From: Phyllobates terribilis
Taxonomy: Eukaryota
Direction: 5' to 3'
NCBI RefSeq assembly: GCF_046119375.1
Contig: NW_027362762.1
Coordinates: 706,304,001-706,368,000, forward strand
DNA: 64,000 nt
The notes below the pieces were generated by a model. It saw only the letters and a program-made list of their open reading frames with translations, was not told where the DNA came from and did no database searches. The translations under genes were made by a program, and so were the position numbers. Positions 51,241 to 61,797 of this stretch are shown one piece after another. How positions within the stretch are numbered: position 1 is the first letter of the stretch; each line of letters opens with the position of its first letter.

Positions 51241-54071
51241 CAGTTGAAACCAGAAGTTTATGTAGCACCCTGAGGACTCGGCTGCTACAGGGGTATTACA
51301 CCTCAAGCCAGAGGTGTGGTATTCCACTCCCGGGTAAGGATGGAGTGTGGAACTGAGCTAGTAGGCTGCATGCACTACATACATCCCATTTCCGGGGGAC
51401 AGATCAACGGTACTCCCACCAGTTTATGTGCAGGTACGACAGCGTCTGTCCCTGGCTGGAGTGGGAGGGGGGTGGAACATCCCAGTAGTGTAGGGGCAGA
51501 TAGGGGGAGTAGTCTGGGTAAAGATAGGAGCTCATTGGGTGCTGGTCACCTGAGCTCACACATAGAGGGAGTATATAAGGTGGGCACCATCTTAGATCAG
51601 GGTTCAGTTCAGGCAGAGGAGAAGAGCAGAGGAGCTCAGCCAGAAGGGCTGACAGGGAGCTGTGGCTCCGGCTGGGCCCAGCTCCAGAGCAAGGCCTGCT
51701 GAGAGAGAGAGAGAGGAGTCAGAAGGACCCAGAGAGGAAACAAGAAGGAACCCCAAGATCCCAGAATAAGGACAGAAGGGTGAAGGGTTGGCGCACAAGG
51801 GTACCAGAACCCAAGCTGGCAGAGGCCAAAACGAACCTTAACCAGGAACCGGAGGTTGTGGGCAGGATCTGCCACGACCCTCACCAAATCCACTAGAAAG
51901 GCACACCGAGCATAGCGTCAGGGAGCCCAGAGGAGGCTTGACCACCAAGAGACCCGAGGGAGCCGGCCAAAAGTGGATCCCTGGTGGGAACGGCCAGAGG
52001 TAGGGAGAGTCAGAAAGGAGCTCAGGACCATGCTCCAGAATTGCCTGGGGGTTGGCCGAGTCCAGGACCTGGTGGACGCAGCACGGCTCGGGTGGTCACT
52101 CAAGGCCAGAGTGACCAAAAGAACACCAGTAAGTAAAAGCCCTGAACTGCATCTCCTGACTCTGAGTCTTCCCTTCTGCATCTTCACAACCCCCATCATC
52201 TACACCTTCTGCCTTGAGGCCATACCCCTCCCGTTGGGGGTTATACCATCACTGCTGCACATATACCACCGGCCTCAGTGGACTGCTCTGCAGCGGCGGC
52301 TTCAAAGCCGCACTCAACGGGTGGCGTAGTCGACAATCAAGTTAACATCTGTTGCCGTAGACTGCCACTTAGTTTGACACCCTGGGCACGGACCAGGTCA
52401 CCGCCACAAGGACTACTACCCCCATCGAGATCCGGCTCCGGGTATCCCCTACAGCACTGGCCCAGGGGGCGCGTCATTTACATATACTATATGAAAAGAC
52501 ACATATGCATTTTTTTCTCAATATCTGACATGAAATCAGAATTAACCTTTCCCGTTTTAAGTCAATTAGGATTAACATAATTTTTAACATTCACCAAATG
52601 CCAAAATAATGAGAGTGAGAGAAGGTTTTAAGGCATTTTTATTACTTACTGCAAAATAAAAAGTTTACATACATTTCATTAGTATTTGGTACCATTGCAC
52701 TTAAACTGAATGACTTGGGTCAAATGTTTGGGATATCCTTCCACAATCTTCTCACAATAGTGGGTCAGAATTTTGGGCCAATTCCTCCTGACAAAACTAG
52801 TGTAACTGATCCAGGTTTGTAGGTCGCCTTGCTCGCACCTGCCTTTTCAGCTTTGCCCATAAATTTTCAATAGGATTGAGATCAGGGCTTTGTGATGGCC
52901 AATTGTGTTGGTCACGTTGTTATCCTTGAGCCACTTTGTTACCATTTTGGCAGTATGCTTCGGGTCATTGTCCATTTGGAAGACCCATTTCCGCCCAAGC
53001 TTTAACTTCCTGGCTGATGTCTTGAGTTGTTGCTTCAGTATTGATACATAATTTCCTTTTCTCATGATGACATCTATTTTGTGAAGTGCACCAGTCCCTC
53101 CTGCAAGCAAAACAACCCCACAACATGCTTCCACCCCCATGTTTCACAGTTGGGATGGTGTTCTCAGGCTTCCAAGCTTCTCCCTTTTTCCTTCAAATGT
53201 AACGATGGTCATTATGCCCAAAAATTTCAATTTTAGTTTCATCAGACCACAGGACATGTCTCCAAAAATGAAGGTCTTTGTTCCTGTGGGCATTTGCAAA
53301 CATTAATCTGGCTTTTTTATGTTTCTTTTGAAGTAATGGCTTCTTCCTGGCAGAGTGGCCTTTCAGCCCATGTGGATACAGTACTTGTTTCACTGTGGAT
53401 ACTGGCACAATCTTACCTGCTTCCGCCATCATGTTCACAAGGTCTTTCACTTTTGTCCTTGGGTTGATATGCACATGTCAGACCAAAGCACATTCATCTC
53501 TGGGACACAGAACCCATCTACTTCCTGAGCGGTATGATGGCTGGACATTCCCATATTATTTGTACTTGCATATAATTGTTTGTACAGATGAACAAGGCAC
53601 CTTCAGGTATCTTGAAATTGTACCCAAGGATGAGCCAGACTTGTGCAAGTTCACAATTCTCTTCCTGATAATTTGTCCGATTTCTCTAGACTTTCCCATG
53701 ATGCTACACAAAGAAGCAGTGTGTTTCAGGTGTGCATTAAAATACATCCACATGTATGTCTCTAATTAACTCAGTTGTTGCCCAAAAAATTCAGAAGCAT
53801 CTAAACACATGACATAATCATATGGGCAGTCCAGAATTGTTTAAAGGCATAGTAATCTTAGTGCATGTAAACTGTTGACTTTGCAGTAAGTAATAAAAAT
53901 GCCTTAAAACATTCTCTCTCTCATTATTCTGGCATTTGGCAAATATTAAAAAATATGGTAATCCTAATTGACCTATAATAGGAAAGATTTATTCTGATTT
54001 CATGTCAGATATTGAGAAAAACATGCATATGTGTCTTTTATATAGTGTATGTAAAATTCTGGTTTCACCTG
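51241..54071 (-). mobile_element. Tc1 element (degenerate transposase) with a solo LTR in its left TIR
   Basis: TIR cagttgaaaccagaagttta|catatac; TA both sides; [30 protein letters not shown]. Confidence 0.93.
51261..52476. mobile_element. Solo LTR (~1.22 kb), same family as 3280-4463
   Basis: TGTAGCACC...GCGTCA; 4-bp TSD ttta (51257-51260 / 52477-52480). Confidence 0.88.
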
Positions 54072-54539
54072 TATGTATTTTGCATGCAATTTTAAATTAA
54101 ATACTCTAAATTTGGCCCTATAACAATTATACCGCCCCCTTCAGGGTCACCTGGCTCCAGAAACACCATATTAGTTTGCTATAGAGCATTTGAAAGCATT
54201 GTTTATGCTTGTGCAAAATTCCACTCCAAAAAATTGCTAATTTCTAGTACTGACCTTTTTTTTTCATTTAGTGACTGTTATGTTTGCTTTATCTTGAAAA
54301 AAATTGTAGAGGGGTAATAGTGCTGCAAGCAAGAACAGTAATTACGCACATGTAAAACAATGTAATAATGATATTGTTTTTATAATCCTTTTAAACAACA
54401 TAATCCTTTTAAATTACATTGATGACCTATCCTAAGGAAATTGTTGACCTTTCATATAGATTGGTCATGCTTATCACTGTATTGGAAAACACCCCTTTCG
54501 CACATTTTTTTTTTCTTTCAATCTATGATTATCAAGGCA

Positions 54540-54860
54540 ACATGTAACCTCATCAAGGAGCAACTTCACCAACACTGTATGCCATAGCCAACAGTCCCAC
54601 ATTAGCTAGAGACAGCTGAAGGGTATTGTGATACTATGCAGTTTCCTAACTGCCTTCATGATTTTGATGGGAAACACATAAGGGTGAAGAAGCCAAACTC
54701 AGAGTCCAGATACCACATTTATAAACATTCCTTTATGCTAGTGCTATTGATTTTGGCATACAGCCACTACTGGTTCATAGCTGTAGATATTGGGGCAAAT
54801 GGATATAGTGCTGTCATGCTGCTTTGCAGCTTTGGGGTCCTGGGTACAAATACCACCAAA
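54540..54860 (+). pseudogene. PIF/Harbinger transposase fragment
   Basis: FPNCLHDFDGKHIRVKKP...YK...FIAVDIGANG, a decayed form of the Harbinger FPNCxGAxDGKH motif. Confidence 0.8.
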
Positions 54861-54863
54861 GAC

Positions 54864-55080
54864 TAGAGATGAGAAAACATTTCAATGTTCGGTTAGGAAA
54901 TGTTCGCCGCATATTTAGACATTTGCCAAATTTATTTGTCGAACATTCGTCAAAAATTTCCAAACACCATAGGATTCAATGGGGGGACAAAAAAAAAGCA
55001 TATACAACACCTTCAAACAGGTCCAAAAGCTGCCAAAACACATCAAATTAGGGGTAGACACCAGGAAAGTGCCATCAATT
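54864..55080. mobile_element. hAT terminal fragment
   Basis: TAGAGATGAG terminus followed by gttcg/cgaac-rich sequence similar to 2250-2430. Confidence 0.65.
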
Positions 55081-55084
55081 GACC

Positions 55085-55447
55085 CAGAGTACAAGTACTA
55101 TAATTATTATTACTATTACAGCGACATTTATTCCGTGGCACTTTACATGTGAAAAGGGGTCACTGACTGGTACAAGAGGAGAGAGCACCCCACCTGCGAG
55201 GGCACACAAACAATCTACAAGGGATGAGGATACAGTAGGTCAGGGTACAGCTAGTCATGCAGTGGTATGCAGGAGCGAAGGTTACCGCAGATTGTATGCT
55301 TGTCACAAAAAGTGGGTCTTCAGCTTCCTTTTCAAGGTTTCCACGGTAGGCGACAGTCTGATGTGTTGGGGTACAGCATTGTCACAGTAGGGCAGATGCA
55401 CCGGACTAATCTTCTGAAAGTCTAAATCATGGTAAGCTTCTAGGAGC
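55085..55447 (-). mobile_element. L2/CR1-type LINE 3' end fragment
   Basis: HIRLSPTVETLKRKLKTHF terminal motif, then a tgtaaagtgccacggaataaatgtcgctgtaatagtaataataat tail. Confidence 0.75.
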
Positions 55448-55672
55448 TCTAAGGCAGCGCTAGTCATCATGTTGGGGGACACTCGCTGCACCAGGTCAAT
55501 TAAACACGCCAGCCACGTTTTTCCAGTTTTCACAATCCAGCAGTTTATTGCACTTCATAACTGCTTATCACACAGTCCATCTTAGTGGCTCTCCGGCACC
55601 GGCATGTTTAGCCCATTCCTTAGGGACCTATCATCTGTCATTGTCACTGACTTCGTCAAGTCACATTTCCGG

Positions 55673-55790
55673 GTCGTAACCTTGTCAGACCTTCCCCGCT
55701 CCCAGCGGTCAGTCGTAACCTTGTCAGACCTCCCCCACTCCCAGCGGTCAGTCGTAACCTTGTCAGACCTCCCCCCACTCCCAGCGGTCC
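55673..55790. repeat. 39-bp tandem triplication spanning the putative PPT/3' LTR junction
   Basis: gtcgtaaccttgtcagacc...cccagcggtc units start at 55673, 55712 and 55751. Confidence 0.9.
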
Positions 55791-56049
55791 ATACAGCAGT
55801 GTGACTCACACGCCCTGGTATCTAAGGTCTGGTTAGACTCCGTACTGTCCCGTGCTCTATTGGGTCATTTGTATGGGCCTCTCAAACCTGAGTTACTGGA
55901 GGTCTCACTACCTCTAAACCCACGCCCACTACTCTCAGGACATCTTGAAAGGTCCCTAACTTCAGCTGTAGCTGTTCTGTTATTTAGGGGGCCCTTCTCT
56001 GTCTGGTCTCACAATTTCTAGACGGCTGCCATCTTCTGCTGCTCAGGCG

Positions 56050-56609
56050 ATGCAGCCTTTCCATTTGCAGTCTGGCGAGATTCAACTGTTCTACCTCTCG
56101 CAGGTAGGTCACTCGGTACTCCATCAGCATGCGTATATATGCAAGATTTTCTTCCTTTCCTACAGCGGAGAATGACACCATGCCGTCTTCATCTGGTATC
56201 CAGTACTGACGATCACGTGGACTGCTTACTTTCATCACGCCAGACTTCTTTACCATCATTTGCATGGCTTGGCCATTTCTCCCAATGAGCTTTCTCACCA
56301 GAACCTGAGGCACCCGGATGACCTCTTCCCGCAGACTGTGAGCTTTTCTCATCAGCTCCAGTTGTCTAACAGCTAGTTCCGTCTTCAACCGGAGAAACCG
56401 CTGCGTGCGAATACATCGTCAGTGCATGTCACTTAGGATCGCCACCCTCTTCACTGTGACTTCGGTCGTGGACAAGACCACCAGCTGTTTAGCTTCTGAG
56501 GTCGAGTACACCTTACAGGCTCCACGGCCTTCTTAAACTCTTCATGCACGGACTCACTGGTGCATTCTTCTCTCAAATCCTCGGGTACATCTATGAGGCA
56601 CTTGTACCG
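56050..56609 (-). pseudogene. FXR1: FXR1/FMR1-family-derived segment (KH0 + KH2, KH1 absent)
   Basis: YKCLIDVPEDLREEC...HEEFKKAV, VTVKRVAILSDMH and IRVPQVLVRKLIGRNG...KSGV...EDGMVSF...EYRVTYLREVEQL match FXR1 FKCTVDVPEDLREAC / TVKRVNILSDMH / QVPRNLVGKVIGKNG...EYHIAYLKEVEQL as recalled. Paralog choice (FXR1 vs FMR1/FXR2) is tentative. Confidence 0.8.
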
Positions 56610-57182
56610 AGGGGTTTCTGTCTCACCAGTGGTCTCCAAACGATCATCTGGCTCAGGTTTCAGGGGCAACTGACTTTCAGCTTCTTCACCCTGTATGCTT
56701 CCCCTGAGCTGACTCACAGCAACAAATTCACGAACTTTCGTCTTGACCACTTCCATTTCATATTTTTCTTCTGTTAACACTCTCTTAGCTCTCCTAAGGT
56801 CCCCCTTCTCATGGTATAAGGGAGTGAGTGCAACTTGTTTGCCCTTTTCCTTCTCCAAGGAGGCCTCGTTCACTAAGTGACACTTTGCTAGGCGACCTTT
56901 GAGCTTGAAAACTTTTTCCTCTAGCTCAGCTACTCACCTTTCAGCAGCCCCTCTCTGAAGCTCTTCCTGCTTCAACTGCTCCTTTAACAGTAGAGTTCTC
57001 TCAGACCTCTCTGTCTCCAATGTACCCACTCGGCTCTCAACAGCCAGTCTCTCAAGCTTCTCTTGCTTCAAATAGGCTTGTAGTGTCTCCTTGAGCTCCT
57101 TAATCTCGGCTCTTACATCCACCGAATCATCCGAGCTCGCATTATTCAAGGAGGTATTTGCTTCACACCTCCCATCTCCAGT

Positions 57183-57905
57183 GGCCAACTCCTGGCCCTG
57201 GTCTGTGGCTTCTCCGATAGACTCCTCCATCTGTTTCCGCTCAGCTTCCATTTTGCTGATTCTTTCCTTAAGGCACGACTCTGCCCTCTGGAGATTATCA
57301 CAGAACGTCTGCAGCTCCTACACCTGAGCTTCCAGACCTAGGGTCTTTCTGCGGAGATCATCATTTTCTTCACGGGCGTCCTGCAGAGTGGTCTCAACCA
57401 CTTGGCGCATGTGCTCTGCATCCGCCTTATCATCCTCTAGTTTTTCTTTAACCCTGAGGAGATCCTCATAGTCTCTCTTAATTTGTTGCAGTTCCCGACT
57501 GCGTTCACCATATTCCTTCTTGGATTCACACAGCTCCCAGTTGAACTGTTTGCGCAGTCATTCTAGGTTTTGTTCATGCCCAGAAACTTCATCCTGCTGC
57601 CCCTCCTTCTCAAGCTTCAACTGCAAAACCTCCTCCTTGATTTTGCGGCGGTCCTCCTTAATTTCCTGGAACATTTCCTTCCATTGGTTAACTTCCTCGC
57701 TGCTTTCATCCAGTTCTCGCTGCAAGTTCCTTACAACTTGGTTTATTTTCTGCCGTTCAGACTCCAGGCTCAGCTGGTCTGACACGTTCCCCAAGTTTTC
57801 CCTTCGTTGCTGCACGTCACTCTGATACTGCTGCCTGATAGGCTCCAGCTCTTGGTCATGACTGGCTGCCTCCTCTTTCAGGGCTGTCAGATCCAGATCC
57901 TTCCG
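57183..57905 (-). pseudogene. CGN: Cingulin rod-domain-derived segment
   Basis: LTALKEEAASHDQELEPIRQQYQSDV...SLESERQKINQVVRNLQRELDESSEEVNQWKEMFQ and VVETTLQDAREENDDLRRKTLGLEAQV...LQRAESCLKERISKMEAERKQMEESIGEATDQGQEL closely match vertebrate (Xenopus) cingulin as recalled. Confidence 0.82.
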
Positions 57906-59120
57906 TCTCAGTACTGTGCCGGAGGTTGCTACTGGCAACGTCACCTCCTCTTCTGCCTCTAAAGGAGGATCCACACTTGGAACAAAGGCATAGAGCATTA
58001 TATTTTCTTTATTTTCACTTTCAGTAAAGACTATAGGATCAACCTTTTTGTGGCCCTTGCGCCGTCGACGACGAGAAGGGGACTTTCTCTCCTCGTCTAG
58101 CTCCTCCTGACTGACTCTCCTTCTACTTTCGTAGTGTCACCGTCAACTACGGGGTTTGTGTCACTCCCCATGGTGTTGAGGACTAACAGGTCACCTCCCA
58201 CCTTGACGTCAACTCCTTCTACTGGAGCTACCCCGTTATCAACGGTCAAATTGTCATTTTTAGGCGGTACCAACCCACAACCAGTAACAAATTTTGGTTT
58301 TCTAAACTCCACGCTCTTGTGAAAATCCGCCCCTTTTTAGACTCTGCCCCCTTTGGGACACCCACACCTGTAGTGGAATTTTTACAAAAAAAATCAGCAG
58401 TAATCTTAGGACTCAGTTCACAACATCTCTTACCACCTCCCCGGGCACTATGGGACAATACTTGCGCCCCCGGAGAGTTCACAGAATGGTCCACTGCCGC
58501 CATTCAATACATTGCCAACAGCTCCTGCTGCTCCTGCACCATGTCCTGTTGCTGTATTTTCTCAAATACCTGCTTCTGTGCTTTTGACAGGCACTTTAAT
58601 CGCTCAATAGCTTCAGTCTCATTTGCTGCTCCTTTCACAGCCATCCTTATCAGCTCCTGCATTTCTTCGGGACACTCCATCATGCCGAAGAGCGATTGCA
58701 CTCGGTCATCCAACCACTTCTCTATTCCGTCTGGAGATACTGCTCCATTCATAGTCATCGCGGTACACTGTTCATAATAGACACTTAACGCCGCTCTCCC
58801 TGAAAAAATTTTTGTGGCCCCGCCGAGCCACAGCAAACCAGGTTTGAGTGTGAGGACAATTTTTGTAACCCCCCGAGTTACAGGCAGATGCTTTAATTTT
58901 CGTGACCCCGCCGAGTTACAGGCAGATGGTTTAATTTTTGTGACCCCGCCGAGCCACAGCAAACCAGGTTTGAGTGCGAAGACAATTTTCGTAACCCTGC
59001 CGAGTTACAGCAAGATGCTTGTATCCACACTCATCGTCCTGTGCCGTAGCCCCTAGCAACCGGGCTGCAGTTGCCCCTAGCAACCGGGCTGCAGTTGCCC
59101 CTAGCAACCAGGCTGCAGTT

Positions 59121-59138
59121 GCCCGCATTCTCGAACCA
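59121..59138 (-). other. Primer-binding site, tRNA-Ala(AGC)-like
   Basis: The + strand reads gcccgcattctcgaacca versus the recalled tRNA-Ala 3' end GCCCGCATTCTCCACCA; directly adjacent to the LTR end. Confidence 0.75.
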
Positions 59139-59832
59139 CAAGTAAGACAGCGCTAGTCATCATGTTGGGGGACACTCGCTGCACCAGGTCAATTAAAGCA
59201 CGTTACACGTTTTTCCAGTTTTCACTATCCAGCAGTTTATTGCACTTCATAATTGCTTATCACACAGTCCATCTTAGTGGCTCTCCGGCATGTTTACACA
59301 CATAACATCTGGGTGCCTTTCAAGTGGCAGACAGGCCCACTTGGCTCCAGTTACAGCCTTCAGCAAATTCACTTATATCAATGTCCATATAACAAAGTGT
59401 TTTTACCTTTGCCGGGTCGTAGCTGCTTCAGTCCGCTTTGTTTTGCCACAGCTGTGGCTCTAAGACTTACCAAACGTGGTCTCCAGCCCTTTTGCCCTCC
59501 AAGGCTGCTGGCATCTCTCACACACAAGGATCCAGCCTTCATACCTTCCAGGCTTCAGCAGGCTCCACCAGGCCTCACCAGGCCTCACTAGGCCTCACTA
59601 GGCCTCACACTAACAGTGTCCCACACAAGGAACAAGCCTCACGCCTTTCACACCCTGTCTCAGATCTACCAGGGTTTATATATCTTCCAGTGCACACACA
59701 GGACCTGTGCTGATGTCAGTCATGTGATCAGACCTTCTGTGTGCATAGGACCTGTGCTGATGTCACAGTCATGTGACCAGTCACCTGGGGGGGAGGTACA
59801 TGGTCAGTCAAAACACACCCTGGACCATTACA

Positions 59833-59982
59833 GTAATGCCGCAAGCCGCTGCTTTACAGAGCACACAACTGAGTAGATTAACCCCTGCACTGATTAATAT
59901 GAAGGCGAAAGGCTTCTATTGACTGCAGGACTGGGAGGAATCAGACGCTGCGGTCTTCTGGCTCCTCTCTGTTACCGTGACT
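59833..59982 (-). mobile_element. 5' tip of an LTR of the family at 46888
   Basis: Reverse complement gtcacggtaacagagaggagccagaagaccgcagc...gcaggggttaatct matches 46889-47030. Confidence 0.75.
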
Positions 59983-61297
59983 CCTTGCAAGCTTCAACAC
60001 AATGTTCACAAGGTAGACAGCAGCAGTGGTCAGTCTCCTAGACAACAAGCTAACATCTGCAAATAGTTTGTATGTTCTCCCCGTGTTTGTGGGGTTTTCC
60101 CCCAGGTTCTCCGGTTACCTCCTCAGTAAAATAGCAGCCATACAGGAGTGTTCACAGTTCAAAAAATTAGGGTCTGACACCACCATTTCCATGGCCAACA
60201 GATTGGAGATGGTGGTGTTCAACCTCTTAGCTTTTTCATGTGTAGGAGGAAACAATTTTTTACATGACCACAAATGCGGGACCGAGAGCTGGCTGCATTG
60301 CTGAGAGAGGGTGGAGCACGGTGAAATGGACAAACTGCTAGACCGTTAGTGAGGTGCAGGTGCAGCTGTTACAGTGGATTGAGAAAGATGTGGTGTGCTC
60401 GGTGAAACAAACACAGCAGGCATGTCCCCTTCCATTACAGCTGACGGGCTCTCACTCAGCCTGATTGGAGCGGTTAGAGAACCAGAAGTTTTGCGATGGG
60501 AGACCTGCATGACAATAATTGACATGGTAACAGAGGAGGAGGAAGAAGCAGCAGATGCGGTTGATGGCGCGGCTGGTGGTTGTTGAGGTCCGTGATTTAT
60601 CACCGTGAGATTGCTAGAGTAACGCATGTTGATTGCGCATGTGAAGGTTCATGCATGTAGTAGTCAAATTATTGCACTTTCTCCCTCTAATGAGTTTTTA
60701 TCGCAAAGTTTGCAGATAACGTAAGCTGGCTCATCCTTTGCGGTCTCAAAAAGGCCCAGGCTAGACAACCCTAGCCACCCCTGCGAGCTGCAGACCCACG
60801 ACCGATGCTGGTCACTGCCACGGTTGTCGCTAAGAATGCAGTGCTCCTCATGCTTGCATCATTCCATGTCTGCACCATAGGACGCAACTTAACCTCCTCA
60901 TCTTTGTCCTCCTCTACCTCCTCAGATGAGCTACTCAGCTGTGTGCCTCTGGGTTCACACCAAGTTGGATGTGCAACCTCATCATCAGCCAATGTGTTAT
61001 CCCATTCATCGCCCTCAGAGTCACCCTCCTCTTCTTCTTGCACTGACAGCACAGTACAGTTGAAGGTCAGGAACCTGCTTGAACCCAACCTTTTTTTCCC
61101 CCTGTATGGAGAACAATGCCCCAAAAAATTTTAAGCGGAAATGTAGTCTGTTTTATATACCAATTTTGAGTTTATCATGTCTGTGTACCCCTGTGTGGAG
61201 TACAATATCTGCACCAAAAAAATTATTTCACTAGAGTATAACTATTGGAAAGGAGACCAAAACCTCTTCCACTACAGTGAACCCAGCACATTGAGAC

Positions 61298-61797
61298 CCA
61301 ATCAGGAGTGTTCACATTTCCCTAAATTAGGGCCTAACACCACCAAAGTGGCAGCAATTTTACTAAAGTAGAAATAGTAGAATTAGGACCGACACTTCTT
61401 ACCCTACAGCCAACCTATTAGATGGTAACCCAATCAGGAGTGTTCACATTTCCCAAAATTAGGTCCTAACACTAACGAAGTGGCATCAATTTCACTAACG
61501 TAGAAATAGTATAATTAGGATCGACACTTCTTCCCCTACAGCCAACCCAGTAGATGGAGACCCAATCAGGATTCCCCACATTTCCAAAAATTAGTGGCAG
61601 ACACCAACAAAGTGGCATCAATTTCACAACAGTAGAAATTGTACTATTAAGACCGATACCTCTTCCACTACAGCCAACCCAGTAGATGGAGACCCAATCA
61701 GGAGTGTTCACATTTCCCTAAATTAGGGCCTAACACCACCAAAGTGGCAGCAATTTCACTACAGTAGAAATAGTATAATTAGGACCGACACTTCTTA
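61298..61797. repeat. ~132-bp tandem repeat (about 4 units)
   Basis: ccaatcagga unit starts at ~61298, 61430, 61562 and 61693. Confidence 0.85.

Larger units (their letters stand above)
55984..58758 (-). pseudogene. Intronless chimeric ORF: unknown N-terminus + cingulin coiled coil + unknown coiled coil + FXR1/FMR1-family KH0 and KH2; disrupted
   Basis: See sub-features. The cingulin-like and FXR-like parts lie in one frame until a 1-nt frameshift near 56523; at least four in-frame stops. Confidence 0.8.
55448..59832 (-). mobile_element. Non-autonomous LTR retroelement carrying a chimeric host-derived ORF
   Basis: ~150-bp direct repeat at 55450-55607 and 59143-59297; tRNA-Ala PBS immediately inside the 5' copy; purine tract + TG before the 3' copy; putative 5' LTR 59140-59832 starts TGTAATGG and contains a TATA-like tatataaa. 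Confidence 0.75.

Noticed and set aside
55984-58758. Functional host CGN or FXR1 locus
   Set aside because: Partial, intronless, fused, interrupted by stops and frameshifts, and bounded by LTR/PBS features.
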